Positions 14,066-27,725 are shown, numbered from the stretch's first letter. The stretch: DNA of 64,000 nucleotides from Octopus sinensis (GCF_006345805.1 NC_042999.1:44826001-44890000); one strand, 5' to 3'. Translations and numbers: made by a program. Notes: generated by a model from the sequence alone, not told the origin.

Positions 14066-14179
14066 TTCAACTTCGATGTTGTTCAATGTTTAATACCTTT
14101 CTCCGATACACTGGATTTGTATATTTTTTACAACACAGTGGATTCATATTTTTACATGCAGAACTATTTTACACAACAA
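14066..14179 (+). CDS. Candidate internal exon of an unidentified gene
   Basis: Acceptor ttttatttcctttcag, donor caa|gtaaat, 114 nt, open in two frames, non-repetitive DNA. Confidence 0.3.
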
Positions 14180-14625
14180 GTAAATTTTTATTAAATTATT
14201 TTCACCAAAAAAAAAAAAATAAATAGAAGATAACTACATCTGAACTTTATTTGAACATTTTGGTCAATTTTACGGTTTGACTTGGTTTATAACAACGTGA
14301 AGCAAACCAAGTAATACCAACAAAAACTTTAAAAAAAAGTTAAAAGGAAGCAATCATTTCAATAAACACACACTATAAAGACATAAACAAGCTTGCTTTG
14401 CAACCAGACATATATTTTTCATACACTGGAAGCATATTATTTTTAGGAGTGAATAATTTAAGTCATTTTAAATGCTTACTCAGTAGTTACAAAAAGACAA
14501 TAACATTGCTGCCAATATACAGGCATGAATTTTGCTGAGTGAAGTATGCTGTAAGAAATGTTAGAATCATAAGAATTTCAACCACAAATGTCTTGGATTG
14601 AGCATTCCTTACTATTACTGTGTGA

Positions 14626-14925
14626 AGGTGCATGGCTTAGTGGTTAGAGTATTTGGTTTACAATAGTAAGCTCATGAGTTCAATACCTGGTGACACATTG
14701 TGTTCTTGAGCAAGACACTTTATTTCACATTGTCCCAGTCCACTCAGCTGGCAAAAATGAGTAGTACCTGTATTTCAAAGGGCCAGCCGAACCCCACTGA
14801 GAAGTATGTCATGGGTACACATGTCAGTGGAGTGCTCAGCCACTTGCACGTTAATTTTGCAAGCAGGCTTGTTCAATTGATCAGATCAACTGGAACCCTC
14901 ATCGTTGTAACTGATGGAATGCACT
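14626..14925 (+). mobile_element. tRNA-derived SINE (family C)
   Basis: ggtgcatggcttagtggttagag head; ttcttgagcaagacactt core. Confidence 0.8.
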
Positions 14926-14964
14926 ACAATTGTGCAGGATGTGGAAAATTATACAAAAAAATGT

Positions 14965-15860
14965 GTGATAAGTAGCTTGCTTACCAACCACATGGTTCCA
15001 GGTTCAGTCCCACAGTGGGGTACCTTGGGCAAGTGTTTTCTACTATAGCCTCATACCAACCAAAGCCTTGTGAGTGGATTTGGTAGATGGAAACTGAAAA
15101 GAAGCCCGTTGTATATATGTATATATATGTGTATATATCCACAAATATAAGAGAGTGTCCACTATATGGTCGACTCTTGCGCTAAAAATAGATCCGCTAT
15201 GGTCTCAACCACCAAGAATTGTTTCCAAGGAGAATTAGCACAACTATGAGTGTAAACGAGCAGGACAAATGAAAAATAACATAAATGTAGATTAATTTTA
15301 GACAATTGTTTCACTATTAATGAATTATGCAATTTTACTTACATAATATATCCATAGCTCATCAGTAGAATTTGTCTTGGGTACAATTTACTAAACCGCA
15401 CGCCAAATTTTAACACAACGTCAAACACACGTGTGGTTTAGTCAATTATATTCGCAGTTATGATTCGAATGTCCTCGCTATAGCGTGCCAAAAATCCCGG
15501 AAACAAATACTGCATAAAACCCTGGTTTTTTATGCGCTAAGTCACTTGGTGTTAAATTGATGGTATTATTAAATTAATATCCAATTTTTTCACCCTTATT
15601 TTTGATATATGTGTATATATATATATATATATATAAGTATGCTTATGTTTGTGTGTCTGTGTTTGTCCCCCCAACATCACTTGACAACCAATGCTGGTGT
15701 GCTTACATCCCCATAACTTAGCGGTTCGGCAAAAGAGACCGATAGAATAAGTACTAGGCTTACAAAGAATAAGTCCTGGGGTTGATTTGCTCGACTTAAA
15801 GGCAATGCTCCAGCATGGCCGCAATGAAATGACTGAAACAAGTAAAAGAGTAAAAGAGTA
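14965..15860 (+). mobile_element. SINE A interrupted in its microsatellite by a PLE-like cassette (~15137-15605, -)
   Basis: 5' half 14965-15115 and 3' half 15640-15860; the insert carries a hammerhead. Confidence 0.8.
15294..15372 (-). ncRNA. Type-I hammerhead ribozyme motif, intact core
   Basis: Minus strand: aattcta-CTGATGA-gctat...atagt-GAAA-caattg-TC-taaaatt; palindromic stem III ACAATTGT, GUC triplet. Confidence 0.85.
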
Positions 15861-16060
15861 AACCCAAACAATGGGCTACTCAAAACATATACTATTATAA
15901 AAAGCACAAATATGTTCTTGCCAGGAAAGCACTCAGTTTTGTAAAATTGCTGTGTTGCTCAAAAAGTTCTTTATATCTCTACTTGACTCATTTCGCATTA
16001 GTAAGAGTCCCTCCTTTCAGCAAGATACAACATATGCCTAAATGTATGCCATTTTTGCAG

Positions 16061-16144
16061 TTTTTTTCAGTTTTGCCGGAATTATCTCAAATATTCAATC
16101 CGTGGATATAGAAGAAGCACAGTCTGAAATGGAACAATTGCAAG
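16061..16144 (+). CDS. Candidate exon (FFSFAGIISNIQSVDIEEAQSEMEQLQ)
   Basis: Tandem acceptors tttttgcag / tttttttcag; weak donor aag|gttgca; phase-compatible with 14066-14179. Confidence 0.3.
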
Positions 16145-18293
16145 GTTGCATTTATAAAGACTCCATCTCCCTGCTCAATTAATTCATTACAGGAGTAGGA
16201 AAGGCAAAAACTTATTTAGCTTTGTCTCATAAAACGAAAAAATTGCAATAATCTCAAATGACCACCTAAAGGAAAACCCTGACAGATATATGGGCTAGTA
16301 TCTCATACATAAAGATACATATGTATCTGGGCTAGAATAGAGATAGGTAGATATATGAGCTAGTATCTTTTATGTTGAGAAGAGCAAAGCCTATAGCACC
16401 ATCTGACTAAACTTCAGAATGAAGATGAGGCTCAAAGACAGGCAGAGATCATGCACAAAACATCCCCACACAAGCCTGTTCCTCAGGGGAAGTGTAATAC
16501 AAGAATAAATCAGGATAGGAGCAAATGTTGCTATATTGAACTCCTGGTTCAGTAATATGGGTTGTTAATAAGGTAGTGAGAAATGATATGCGGTTGGGAG
16601 AGGTTGGTATAGACTTGTACATACTTACATCTCTACAAAGTCACAAAACAATTCCTGAGTGGTATCTTGTTGTGGGCCATAAATCATAGGCAATAAGTCT
16701 GACAGTCCAGGTGAGAAAGCTCAGTTGTTATACTTGGAGCAGAGAAATCCACCTGAGGGATTTCAGTTCCAAACAGTCAGAAAAAAATTGAGAAAGAATG
16801 AATTGGATTTGGAGGCTGCTGTTCTTGAGTGATGACAGCCAGAATCCCCCCCCCACCATATACACACATAATCATCCTTGGTCCCAGAAGAGAAACAGTT
16901 ATGAGACCGTCACTTCTGGTAGAATTATCCTACTGAGTTAGTAATCTTTTATTTTATTTCCTTTTAATTATATCCTGTTTTGATAATTGTGTAGTTTATC
17001 ATACACTTCAAGGATTTTTCCCGTGGAAATATATGTACTTTTAAAATTTTAATCCATCCATTCATATACTGCATAACGTCTCTCATCCCTTCATTTTTCA
17101 ATTTGTAAACCTATCTTTCATTCTACACTTTCCCTTTAAGGGTAGAAAACTGGTAGAACCACTAGAATGTTAGAAAAAATGCTTTGTGGTATTTCTTCTG
17201 GCTCTTTCCATTCTGAGTTCAAATCCCAATGAAGTCAACTTGTCTTTCAACCTTTCAAGGACAATGAAATAAAGTACCAGTCATGTACTGGGGCTGCTGG
17301 TTTAGTCCCCTTCTCCTCAAAATTGTTCGTCTTTTGCCTAAGTCTTTAGAAATACTTGCTCTATATTTCTGGAGCAGCACTTTGTAATATCTTCCAAGAC
17401 TTCCACTATAGTTACATCCTATGGAATAAAAACATTGTTTCCTTCTTTATTTACTTTTTCTTTTAGAATAGGAAGAAGATATTGAAAACAAGAGGTTCAG
17501 ATCATCACAACCAAAATTCCAAGAAGAATTAATGAACTGGTGAAATTGTAATGTTGTTAAATTTATTCCAGTTCCACTCACATAAAAGGAGAAATGAAAA
17601 CTACGCATTTGTTATTTGTTTTAAAAAGTTGGCACTCAGTTGATAAAAGATACTTGAACAAAGATAAGATTCTGCACAATAACATTAGGAAGCGTTCATT
17701 AAAGAATAGAAAACAAAAATAAAACAAAACAAAACAAAACAAAATAAAACAAAACACAGCAAAACTAGTCAAAGCTTAATAGTGTTACATAGAATTGACA
17801 CGTTCTTACCAAAAAGAAAGAAAAAAAAGTCTAAAAAAGAAAAAAGAAAAAGAAAAAGAAAGAAAGAGAAATTTCAATTCAGAAATACAACAGGGAAGTC
17901 ATTTGCAAACTGAGAATCTCAAATGAAGATGTGAGAATGAGTGTGAATATTAGTTCACACTTCAGGAATATAAATTGACAATTCTCAAACAGTAATCCAG
18001 TAGATCTAAACATGGTTAGCATTTCTTCTAGAATGATCCTCAGTCCTAACTCTCATCCACACCCTCTCTTACCTTCAAAATGCTGATGTGCACATGTCTA
18101 CATACACACATGCACACATATGCACAACAGATATATATAAATAAATATATATATATATATATATATATGTATATGTTATATGTATGTGTGTATGTATATA
18201 TGTATATAACATATGTATATGTTATATGTATGTGTGTATGTGTGTGTATGTATGTATATATATACACATATATGTTTATATGTGTGTATATAT

Positions 18294-18347
<54 letters not shown>

Positions 18348-18486
18348 ATATATATATAATATATATATATATATTATATATATATATATATATCTGTAAA
18401 TATAACATGTGAAAATTATTCGGTAGCCATGATAAAACTCGGTGGAAACCCACACCGCCATCTCTTCAGTTATATATATATATATA

Positions 18487-21400
18487 TCATCATCATCATC
18501 GCTTTCCATGCTAGCATGGGTTGGATGGTTCAACTGGGGTCTGGGAAGCCAGAAGGCTGCACCAGGCCCAGTTTGATCTGGCAATGTTTCTACAGCTGGA
18601 TGCCCTTCCTAACGCCAACCACTCCATGAGTGTAGTGGGTGCTTTTTACGTGCCACCGGCACAGGTGCCAGACGAATCTGGCAACGGCCACGAATGGATG
18701 GTGCTTTTTACGTGCCACTGGCCCGAAGCCAATTGGGGCGGCGCTGGCAATGGTCACGAACGGGTGGTGCTTTTTACGTGCCACCTGCACGAGGCCAGTC
18801 GGGGTGACGCTGGCAATGGCCACGTTCGGATGGTTCTTACGTTCCACCGGCACTGGTAACTCAGCTACAATTTCCATTGATCGATTTCGATTCTGATTCT
18901 GATTCTCACTTGCCTCAACAGGTCTTCACAAGTAGAGTTTTGTGTCCCAAGAAGGGAAGGTATGCATAAGTGGGCTGGCTACATCCCATGTAGAAGGCCA
19001 CGGGTTATGGTCTCACTTGTCCTGCCAGGTCTGCTCACGCACAGCATACTTCCAGAGGTCTCGGTCTCTAGTCATTTCCTCAGTGAGACCTAAAGTTTGA
19101 AGGTCGTGCTTCACCACCTCATCCCAGGTTTTCCTGGGTCTGCCTCTTCCACAGGTTCCCTCAACCGCTAGGGTGTGGCACTTTTTCACACAACTATCTT
19201 CATCCATTCTCGCCACATGCCCATACCAGTGCAAACATCTCTCTTGCACACCACATCTGATGCTTCTTAGGTCCAGCTTTTCTCTCAAGGTACTTACACT
19301 CGGAGCATACTGGCTTCATTTCTTGCGAGCTTACGCATATCCTCAGCAGTCACGGCCCATGTTTCACTGCCATGTAGCATGGCTGTTCGTACACACGCGT
19401 CATACAGTCTGCCTTTTACTCTGAGCGAGAGGCCTTTTGTCACCAGCAGAGGTAAGAGCTCTCTGAACTTTGCCCAAGCTATTCTTACTCTAGCAGTTAC
19501 ACTTTCAGCACACCCGCCCCCGCTGCTGACTTGGTCACCTAGGTAACGGAAGCTATCAACTATTTCTAGTTTTTCTCCCTGGAAAGTGACAGAAGTTGGT
19601 CTCAGAGCATTTTCAGTGTTTATTGTTTCTGAGCATCTGCCAAATACAAAAACCAACTTCCTAGTTAGCCTTCCTTTGACATTGCTGCACCTCTTATGTG
19701 TCCATATCTTACACTTGGTGCATCTTATAGAGTTTCTACCTACACCTTTTCTACAGATCGAGCAGGGCCATCTACCTGAAGGCGTTTGTGATTTGTCTAC
19801 CTTCCTACTTATTAGGACTTTGGTTTTAGCCAGATTGACTCTAAGGCCATTCAATTCTAATCCTTGCTTCCACACCTGAAACTTCTCCTCCAGTTCTGAT
19901 AGCGACTCAGCAATTAGAGCAAGGTCATCAGCATAGAGGAACTCCCAGGGGCATCCTGTCTTGAATTCCTCCGTTATTGCCTGGAGGACTATGGTAAATA
20001 GGAGGGGGCTGAGGACTGAGCCTTGGTGGACCCCTACCTCTACCCGAAATTCTTCACTGCACTCGTTGCCAACCCTCACCTTACTAGCAGCGTCTCTGTA
20101 CATGGCTCGCACAGCTCTCACTAACCATTCATCTATTCATAGTTTCCTCATTGACCACCAGATAAGGGATCGGGGGACCCTGTCAAAGGCTTTCTCCATG
20201 TCAACAAAAGCCAGGTACAGGGGCTTATCTTTGGCTAGGTATTTCTCCTGCAGCTGCCTTACCAGGAATATAGCATCAGTGGTACTTTTCCCTGGCACGA
20301 ACCCAAACTGCATCTCATCTAAACTAACTCTCTCTCTAATTAGTTGGGCTATGACCCTCTCCATAACCTTCATCACCTGATCCAACAGCTTGATACCTCT
20401 GTAATTATTTGTATCTAGGGCGTCACCTTTACCTTTGTAGCAGTTGACTATTATGCTGCTACACCAGTCATTGGGTATGACTCCTTCGTGTATCACCTGA
20501 TTAACTATACGGGTGACTAGGCTATAACCAACACTACCAGATATTTTGAGCATCTCTGCAGTGATTCCTGATGGGCCTGGGGCTTTCCCTGTCTTCATGC
20601 TTCTAATTGCCTTAACTACCAAGGAACTGTCAACTTGGTTAGCTGGTCCCTCTGTTGGGTCAACGTTTGGCAGACTCTCTTTATCCCATTCATTTTCTTT
20701 ATTCAGCAACATTTCATAGTGGCATCTCCAAACCTCTCTCTTTGCATCCTCATTTAGCGCAAGTGAACCATCTTCCATGTGAACACACTTCTCTCCTACC
20801 ACATCACAATTCTCTCTCACACACTGTCTTGCAACGCGAAACACCTCCAGTCTTTGGTCCTCACGGTGCAGAACATTGGCAAATTTTTTCTTATCTGCTT
20901 CCCCTCTGGCTAGATAGATCTGTCTCCTAGCTTCCCTTTTGGCAGTCTGATACAATTCCCTGCTACCACCATTCTTCCAGTCCTTCCAAGTCTGTCTCTT
21001 TTCTCTAATAGCCCTGTCTACAACACTGTTCCACCACCACGTTACCTTGGGACGAGAGGGGACTTTGCACCAGCCACAGATCTGGTCAGTGGCTCTCAGC
21101 AGGTTGTCCCTTAGAAACGTCCAGTTGCCTTCTACCCCATGTGATACTCTATCCCCTTCTACTTCGTCAAAGGCTTCAAGTAGCGTGTCCCTAAATCTCT
21201 GTCCATTCGCAGGATCTTTAAGCTTCCAGATCCTTCTTCTCCATGCTGGTCGTCTTCTGGTTGTCCTCCTAGTCCTGATCCTAAAGTCACTAACTACCAG
21301 TCTATGTCGTGGGGTACATTCTTCGCCTGGGAAGGTTTTGGCATTTATAAGCAGCCATCTCTCCCTTTGCCTGGCAAGGATGTAGTCAATTTGGCTGGTA

Positions 21401-22215
21401 TGTTGGCCCGATTGGTAGGTGACTAGGTGGCTGGTAGGTTTCCTGAAGTTAGTGTTGCAAATCATAAGATTATTTGCATCACAGAACTCCAGCAGCTTGG
21501 TCCCCTCCTCGTTGCAGGAACCATAGCCATAGCCTCCATGTACAGCATGGAAGCCCCCAGCATGTCGTCCAACGTGACCATTGAAGTCACCAGCCACAAA
21601 GAGAAGGTCTCTGTCGTTCGTCAACGAGGTAGTCTGCAGTAGAGTGTCATAGAATTGGTCTTTCTGTCCATCGGGTAGCCCCAACTGAGGAGCATAGGCC
21701 GATATAATGGTTGCTAAACTATGATGAAGCACTAATCTAATCTTAAGTATTCTGTCACATACTCTGATTACCTCAATTACTTTATCTACCCATTTCTCAG
21801 CGATAAGTATACCCACGCCACCAACTCTGTCAGTGTTCCCTGCCCAGAAAATCTTGTACCTGTGTTCCTTGCCTGTGAGGAACCTAGCAGATCCTCCTCT
21901 CCACCTTACTTCTTGCATGCAACATATATCCACACATCTCCATTCAAGCATCTCGACTATCTCACCAGACCTACCTTTCAGTGTGCCAACGTTGAGGGTG
22001 CCAACCCTGAGGGTGCCAACCCTGAGGGTGTGGGACAGTGGACAGTAGCTTCATGTACCTGAAAAGAAAGCTCGCATTTGGCAGAATTCATGTGCAAGTA
22101 ATACAGTAGCCTTCAGTTCAACCTGCATAACACTAGCCTTTCATATTTTGCACTGTATGAACATTACCTTACACAGGTCGAGACTAGGGATAGGGATGGT
22201 GAAAGAGCATTTGCA
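18487..22215 (-). mobile_element. Near-full-length RTE-clade LINE, (GAT)n tail, inserted in (TA)n
   Basis: Continuous APE-RT-C-terminal coding plus ~520-nt 3' UTR; the 5' boundary is approximate. Confidence 0.95.
19013..22054 (-). pseudogene. RTE ORF (APE + RT + PHD-like Cys/His finger), broken by frameshifts near 22040, 20125 and 19290
   Basis: TLNVGTL, QEVRWRG, SAYAPQ, GDFNGHVG, QIDYIL, KAPGPSG, NYRGIKLL, FVDMEKAFDRVP, GVHQGSVLSPLLF, YADDL, GRGRPRKTW. Confidence 0.95.
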
Positions 22216-22264
22216 TATATATATATAAACACACCAGCATATAAATATATATGTGTGTGTGTGT

Positions 22265-22482
22265 ATATAGGTTTGTGTGTCTGTGTTTGTCCCCCCAACA
22301 TTGCTTGACAACCGATGCTGGTGTGTTTACGTCCCCGTAACTTAGCGGTTCAGCAAAAGTGACCAATAGAATAAGTACTAGGCTTACAAAGAATAAGTCC
22401 TGGGGTCGATTTGCTCAACTAAAGGCGGTGCTCCAGCATGGCCACAGTCAAATGACTGAAATAAGTAAAAGAGTAAAAGAGT
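22265..22482 (+). mobile_element. SINE A 3' half
   Basis: Matches the 3' half of intact copies. Confidence 0.85.
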
Positions 22483-23689
22483 ATATTACTTTTTCTAATA
22501 AATAAACAAAATTTTTCAATTCAAAATAACCTTATTTGGAAGAAATTTTTACATATGTGTGTATGTGTGTGTGCATGCATGCACATATAAAATACACTGT
22601 AGTTTCATTTTATTCCCATTTGTCTGTTAGTAAAGATTTACTTCTCAAAAAAATATTCATCTTCTACTTTTGTCATTAATTTAAATATCTGCTGCCTTAA
22701 AAAATTTGGAAGCATCTTTCTCTAGAATCCGAATAATGAATATTAGATGACTACTTACTATATATATATATATATACTTACTATATATATATATATACAC
22801 ACACACACATATATAGATAGATAATGTGTATATATGTTCATATATTATCATTAACATCACCACCACCATCATTATTTTGTGTCTGTTTTCTATGGGTAGG
22901 ACAGTTTGATAGGATGCAACAAGTCAGTGGGTTATGTCTTGCCTTTAATGTCTCATTTTTGGCATGTTGTCTACAACTGGATACCCTACCTAACATTAGC
23001 CACTTTACACACACACACACCATACACATTCCCATATGCACTCCTATCACCATCATCATCATTTAACATCCACCTTCCATGCTAGCTTGGGTGGGACTGT
23101 TTCACAAGAGACAGCCAGGCAGAAGCCTGTACTAGGCTTCTGTGACTGTTTTGGCAGGAATTTTACAATATATGTATATGTGTCTATAATACATTAAAAG
23201 TCAGATTGAATTTTGCTTGCTTGTTTGCAATGTTACTCAACCTACCTGGCGCATAATGGGAAAATACTATGAATTAAGTTTCCCCTAAAATGTAAATATG
23301 AATGGAATGAAACAAATTGCATGTAAATTAGATAATTGGTTGTGAGAGTATTAAGGGTTTTCAGGGTATTAATACCCAAAATGGTGCATAATGGGAAAAG
23401 TCTCCGAAATTAACTTAATCCTGAAAGGAACGTAATTCTTCCCTTTCTATTAAATAATGACTTGACAACAAAAAATACAATTTGTTTTTTTTTTACAGTA
23501 GATAACAATTTTGAAAAATTTTTAAGTGAATGTAATTTCAAAAATGTAAGTGGTTTGTACAATAAGTGTTTATATTTTAGCTGTCTTTAACTAGATAATA
23601 TTTTAATGTTTTTAAAACTTATTTTCAAGTGAATACTATTACAAAAATTTTTTTGGCATAAATATTTCATAAAAGACCCATTCATAACC

Positions 23690-24420
23690 TCAGTGTTAAA
23701 TAATTTTTTCCATAGGTTTTTTCGAGTGCATTCAATGTAAATGAGTCAAGGATCTTATGTGATTCACTCTGGATCTTGACAACAGAATTAAAATGGCGAC
23801 CTTTGAGCTGCATTTTCGTCTTGGGAAAGAGATGGAAGTTCATAGGTGCTAAATCTGGTGAATAGTGTGGGTGCAGAAGTGATACCATGTTGTTTTTGGT
23901 GAGGAACTCATGAGTGAGGAGAGCAGGGTGAAGAATCCAATTCTTTGTGTGCTCCACAGATTACTGTGGCTGCTTTTGCCAAATGTCCTCCCTCAAACAC
24001 TTCAAAACGCTGCAGTAGAACTCTTGATTGAGGGCCTGGCCCTGGGGGATGAATTCTTGATGCACAATCTCACATTTCCGGGGTTGATGCTTGTGACCAA
24101 TCAGGTCTTCCAGATTGCTCATCATCATCATCATCATCATCCAGGGACGTTCTTTCACTTTTGAAGTGCCCATGCTACTTGAAACATTGCATAGGACCCA
24201 TTGCCACATCGCTGTAAGCTTGCCAAATTATGCTCAATGTCTCTGTAGCAGACTTCTCAAGTTTAATGCAAAATTCCACATTGGCTCTTTGCTCCTGTCC
24301 ATGACAAAATCACAGACTACAGCATACATGTGATCACAAAAACCCAAATTTCACAACTTGCGAAGCAAATACACCAATGTCACTCGGCACTCTGCCTCAT
24401 GAAGGTCACTGCTTGTCAGA
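23690..24420 (-). mobile_element. Decayed, internally deleted mariner transposon
   Basis: IVHQEFIPQGQ, NWILH, HPHYSPDLAP.NFHLFPK motifs; same family as 41258-42195. Confidence 0.85.
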
Positions 24421-25051
24421 GCCAGATTAAGATCCATCAAGGCCCTAAGCACTTAAAAAATTTTGGTGCCTCCATAAAAGATTATGTAATTCAAAATATA
24501 AACAATAACAAACCATAAAATAAATTTTTGTTTTTCAAAATGAAACAGAACAGTAAGAGGGGAAAATAATGTTTATTTTTGTATACTTCCACTTTATTTA
24601 TATTTGAAAAGTTTTCTCCTACTTTTTTGAATTGCAAAGTTTTTGACCAGATCCTCAAAATTAATCTTAGGTAACACATTTGCATCTAGACTTAGTAGAG
24701 ATAAAGGCATCCTGAATATTGTTTTAGCAAGTTTAAAGTGATTTCTTTCGTTCTGTAAACCATTTACCATTTCTGTGGTGTTGCCTTCTTCCCTTGAGGC
24801 CCTAAGCACGTGCTTATTTTGCTTATTGGTTAATCCAGTGCTGCTGTTAGCTCTCATTGTGCATACAACTATGTGTCATGTGTTGGTGCACTACAGAACA
24901 AGTCTGGGACCTTTTTCATACAACCTTGTACGTCTATGGAATATTCAACTGTTTGCATTTCAATTCAGGAGCCTATAATTTAGTTGACAACTGATTTACA
25001 ATTGAATCCTTTTCATCAAATGATGGAAATCTAACATCATCAACATATATA

Positions 25052-25282
25052 CAGGGTGTTCATAAATTACCTTTACAACTTCCACAATTTATTGTATCTA
25101 TTAAGGTTGAAAGCCATCAATCAACTTACATGCAACCAATGGAGTCCACTTGAAAGTGTTCTGATGTTTCTAATAAAAAACTTTGTTCGCCTATGTTTTC
25201 CAATACACTCTTCTGAATTATCCTTATTTTTCATTTTTTTTTCTGAATATTTGAGATTGTAAAGTAATTTATGGACACCTTT
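25052..25282. mobile_element. Tc1/mariner-type MITE
   Basis: TIR cagggtgttcataaattacctttacaa / ttgtaaagtaatttatggacacct, TA context. Confidence 0.75.
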
Positions 25283-25499
25283 TATAATTACATGTTATAT
25301 CTAATATGATGAAAAGCAAAAGTTCTTATTCAATATACTAGAGCTCTTACTGTATTATGACAAATGTAAAGCAACATCTTTTTATTTCTCTCTGCAGACA
25401 ACAAAACTGAATCTACTTGACTGATTCCAGTTCTTGCTTAAATCTTATCAGAAACAAAATACTATTTGAACTGCCCAGAGAGAGAGGGAGGGAGGGAGG

Positions 25500-25530
<31 letters not shown>

Positions 25531-26254
25531 GGAGGGAGAGAGAGAAAGTGAGAGAGAGAAAGAGAGAGAGAGGGAGGGAGAGAGAGAGAGAAAGAGAGAG
25601 ATAGTTAATTTGATATGCTTAGTGCTTTGCTGATGATTTATTTAAGTTAATTAATAAATTATGTGTTGAACAGGATTAATGTTCTGCTATATCAGTTGAA
25701 CTACAAAAGTTCAATGGTTTCTCACTGTTGTGATGAGGAAAAACAAAAAACAAAAAGAAGGAACTTTGTCAATCCTGTAAGTTTGCACCAGGACTTTGCC
25801 CAGTTCACTACAGCTCTTTGTTCTTAACATGAACGGGATGACCACCACTTTCTAGTGCAGCACCTATGAACATTCATACACTAATAACATGTTCCAGAGG
25901 ATGCAAGACATAGACATAAGCATCTTGAATGGCAGGCTCAACTATGGGAAATACATCTATCAATGTGCATCTTTACTATTATTCAAAGAGAATCAAAGTG
26001 AAGTGATAAAAAAGGAGCAATGGAAGAGAACTTGTATGGTGGTGGTGGAGAGCTTGATGGAGTTAACAGTGAAGGAAGAGGGAAAGACTGATAGACAGTT
26101 AGTTACATGACGTTTGTTGGTAAGGAGATTGAATAGAAACACATTTTGAGTGATGGGGAAAGAGAGCATGGTAGGAAGAAGGCAGGGTGAGAGAAACGCT
26201 ATTAGAAGTAGGAAATAGTGTTAGGAGAGAGAAAATGTGATACTGTGGTGAATG

Positions 26255-26297
<43 letters not shown>

Positions 26298-26469
26298 TGA
26301 GAGAGTGAGAGCAAAAGAGAGAGAGAGTGAGAGAGAGTTATGTATGTCAAAAATATGTGATAGAGGGTGGAGTGATGTGAAAAGTGATAAGATAGTAATA
26401 AAGGTAGGTAATGGTGAGAGAGTCAGGGTAAAAGATGTGATAGATGTCAATGATGAGGGATAAGAGAGT

Positions 26470-26965
26470 GAAGGTAAAGGCGAAGTTACCTTCTCGAGTC
26501 ATACTGACTCATAAGGGTCGGTTTCATTGTCTATATATTCTCCATGTGGATAGGACACTGGACTGTTACAAAATTACTCCTTTTTTCCAGCTAAGTGGAC
26601 TGGAGCAATGTGAAATGAGGTGTTTTGCTCAAGAACACAATGTATTGCCTGGTCTAGGAATCAAAACCACAATTTTATGATCACCCTAACCAGTAAGACC
26701 CGTGCTTCCATGATAGGAGAGTGATGGTAATTAATAAAGAAGTGAGTAAAGGAGGTGAGCTGGCAGAAATGTTAGCATATCGGGTGAAATGCTTAGCGGT
26801 ATTTCGTCTGTCTTTACGTTCTGAGTTCAAATTCCGCCAAAGTTGACTTTGCCTTTCATCCTTTTAGAGTCAATAAAATGAGTACCAGTTGTGTACTGGT
26901 GTCGATCTGATCGACTGGCCCCCTCCCCCCAAATTTCTGGCCTTGTGCCTAGAGTAGAAAAGAAT
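26470..26965. mobile_element. SINE C-like copy (26470-26710 -) and SINE B (26752-26965 +)
   Basis: Core motifs as in other copies. Confidence 0.75.
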
Positions 26966-27329
26966 AAAGAAGTGAGTAAGGATAAAGGAAGATTGAATAA
27001 ACTGGATGGGGTAATGAGAAAGGGATACAGTGATAGTAAAGATGCACATTGACAGATGAGTGGTGAGTGATAGATGAGAGTGTAGTAAAGAGACAAAGAG
27101 AGTGGTATAAAGAGCCTTATTAAGAGTATAATAGTCAGGAGAGACCCAAATATAGATATTATACATTACAATCTCCATGACCACAGCTGTATTGTTTTTA
27201 CATCTGCCTTCATATGGCTGGAATTGTCAACAATATTCACTGGCATAAACATTTGAAAGCATCTTGCAAATTTTAATATCATTTAATAGATTTAGTAATT
27301 AAGTCTTAGTCCTGGTTTTTTTCAAGGTG

Positions 27330-27725
27330 CTTTGGCTGTGTGGTAAGTAGCTTGCTTACCAACCACATAGTCCTGGGTTCAGTCCAACTGCGTGGCACCT
27401 TGGGCAAGTGTCTTCTACTATAGCCTCAGGCCAATCAAAGCCTTGTGAGTGGATTTGGTAGATGGAAACTGAAAGAAGTCCGTTGTATATATGTATATGT
27501 ATGTCTATGTGTTTGTGTGTTAGTGTTTGTCCCCGCAACATCGCCTGACAACCAATGGTGGTGTATTTACGTCCCCGTAACTTAGTGGTTCGGCAAAAGA
27601 GACTGATAGAATAAGTAACTAGGCTTACAAAGAATAAGTCCTGGGGTCGATTTGGTCGACTAAAGGTGGTGCTTCAGCATGGCCACAGTCAAATGACTGA
27701 AACAAATAAAAGAGTAAAAGAGAGT
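27330..27725 (+). mobile_element. SINE family A, full length
   Basis: tggctgtgtgg (A box), ggttcagtcc (B box), ccttgggcaagt core, gtaaaaga tail. Confidence 0.9.

Noticed and set aside
16340-16830. Possible CR1-like relic on the minus strand
   Set aside because: Only a faint SFF...WN motif; too degenerate to call
23182-23600. Helitron-like 5' end with gcataatgggaaaa repeats
   Set aside because: No convincing 3' hairpin/CTRR found
27330-27410. tRNA-like heads
   Set aside because: SINE A/B-box heads without a complete cloverleaf
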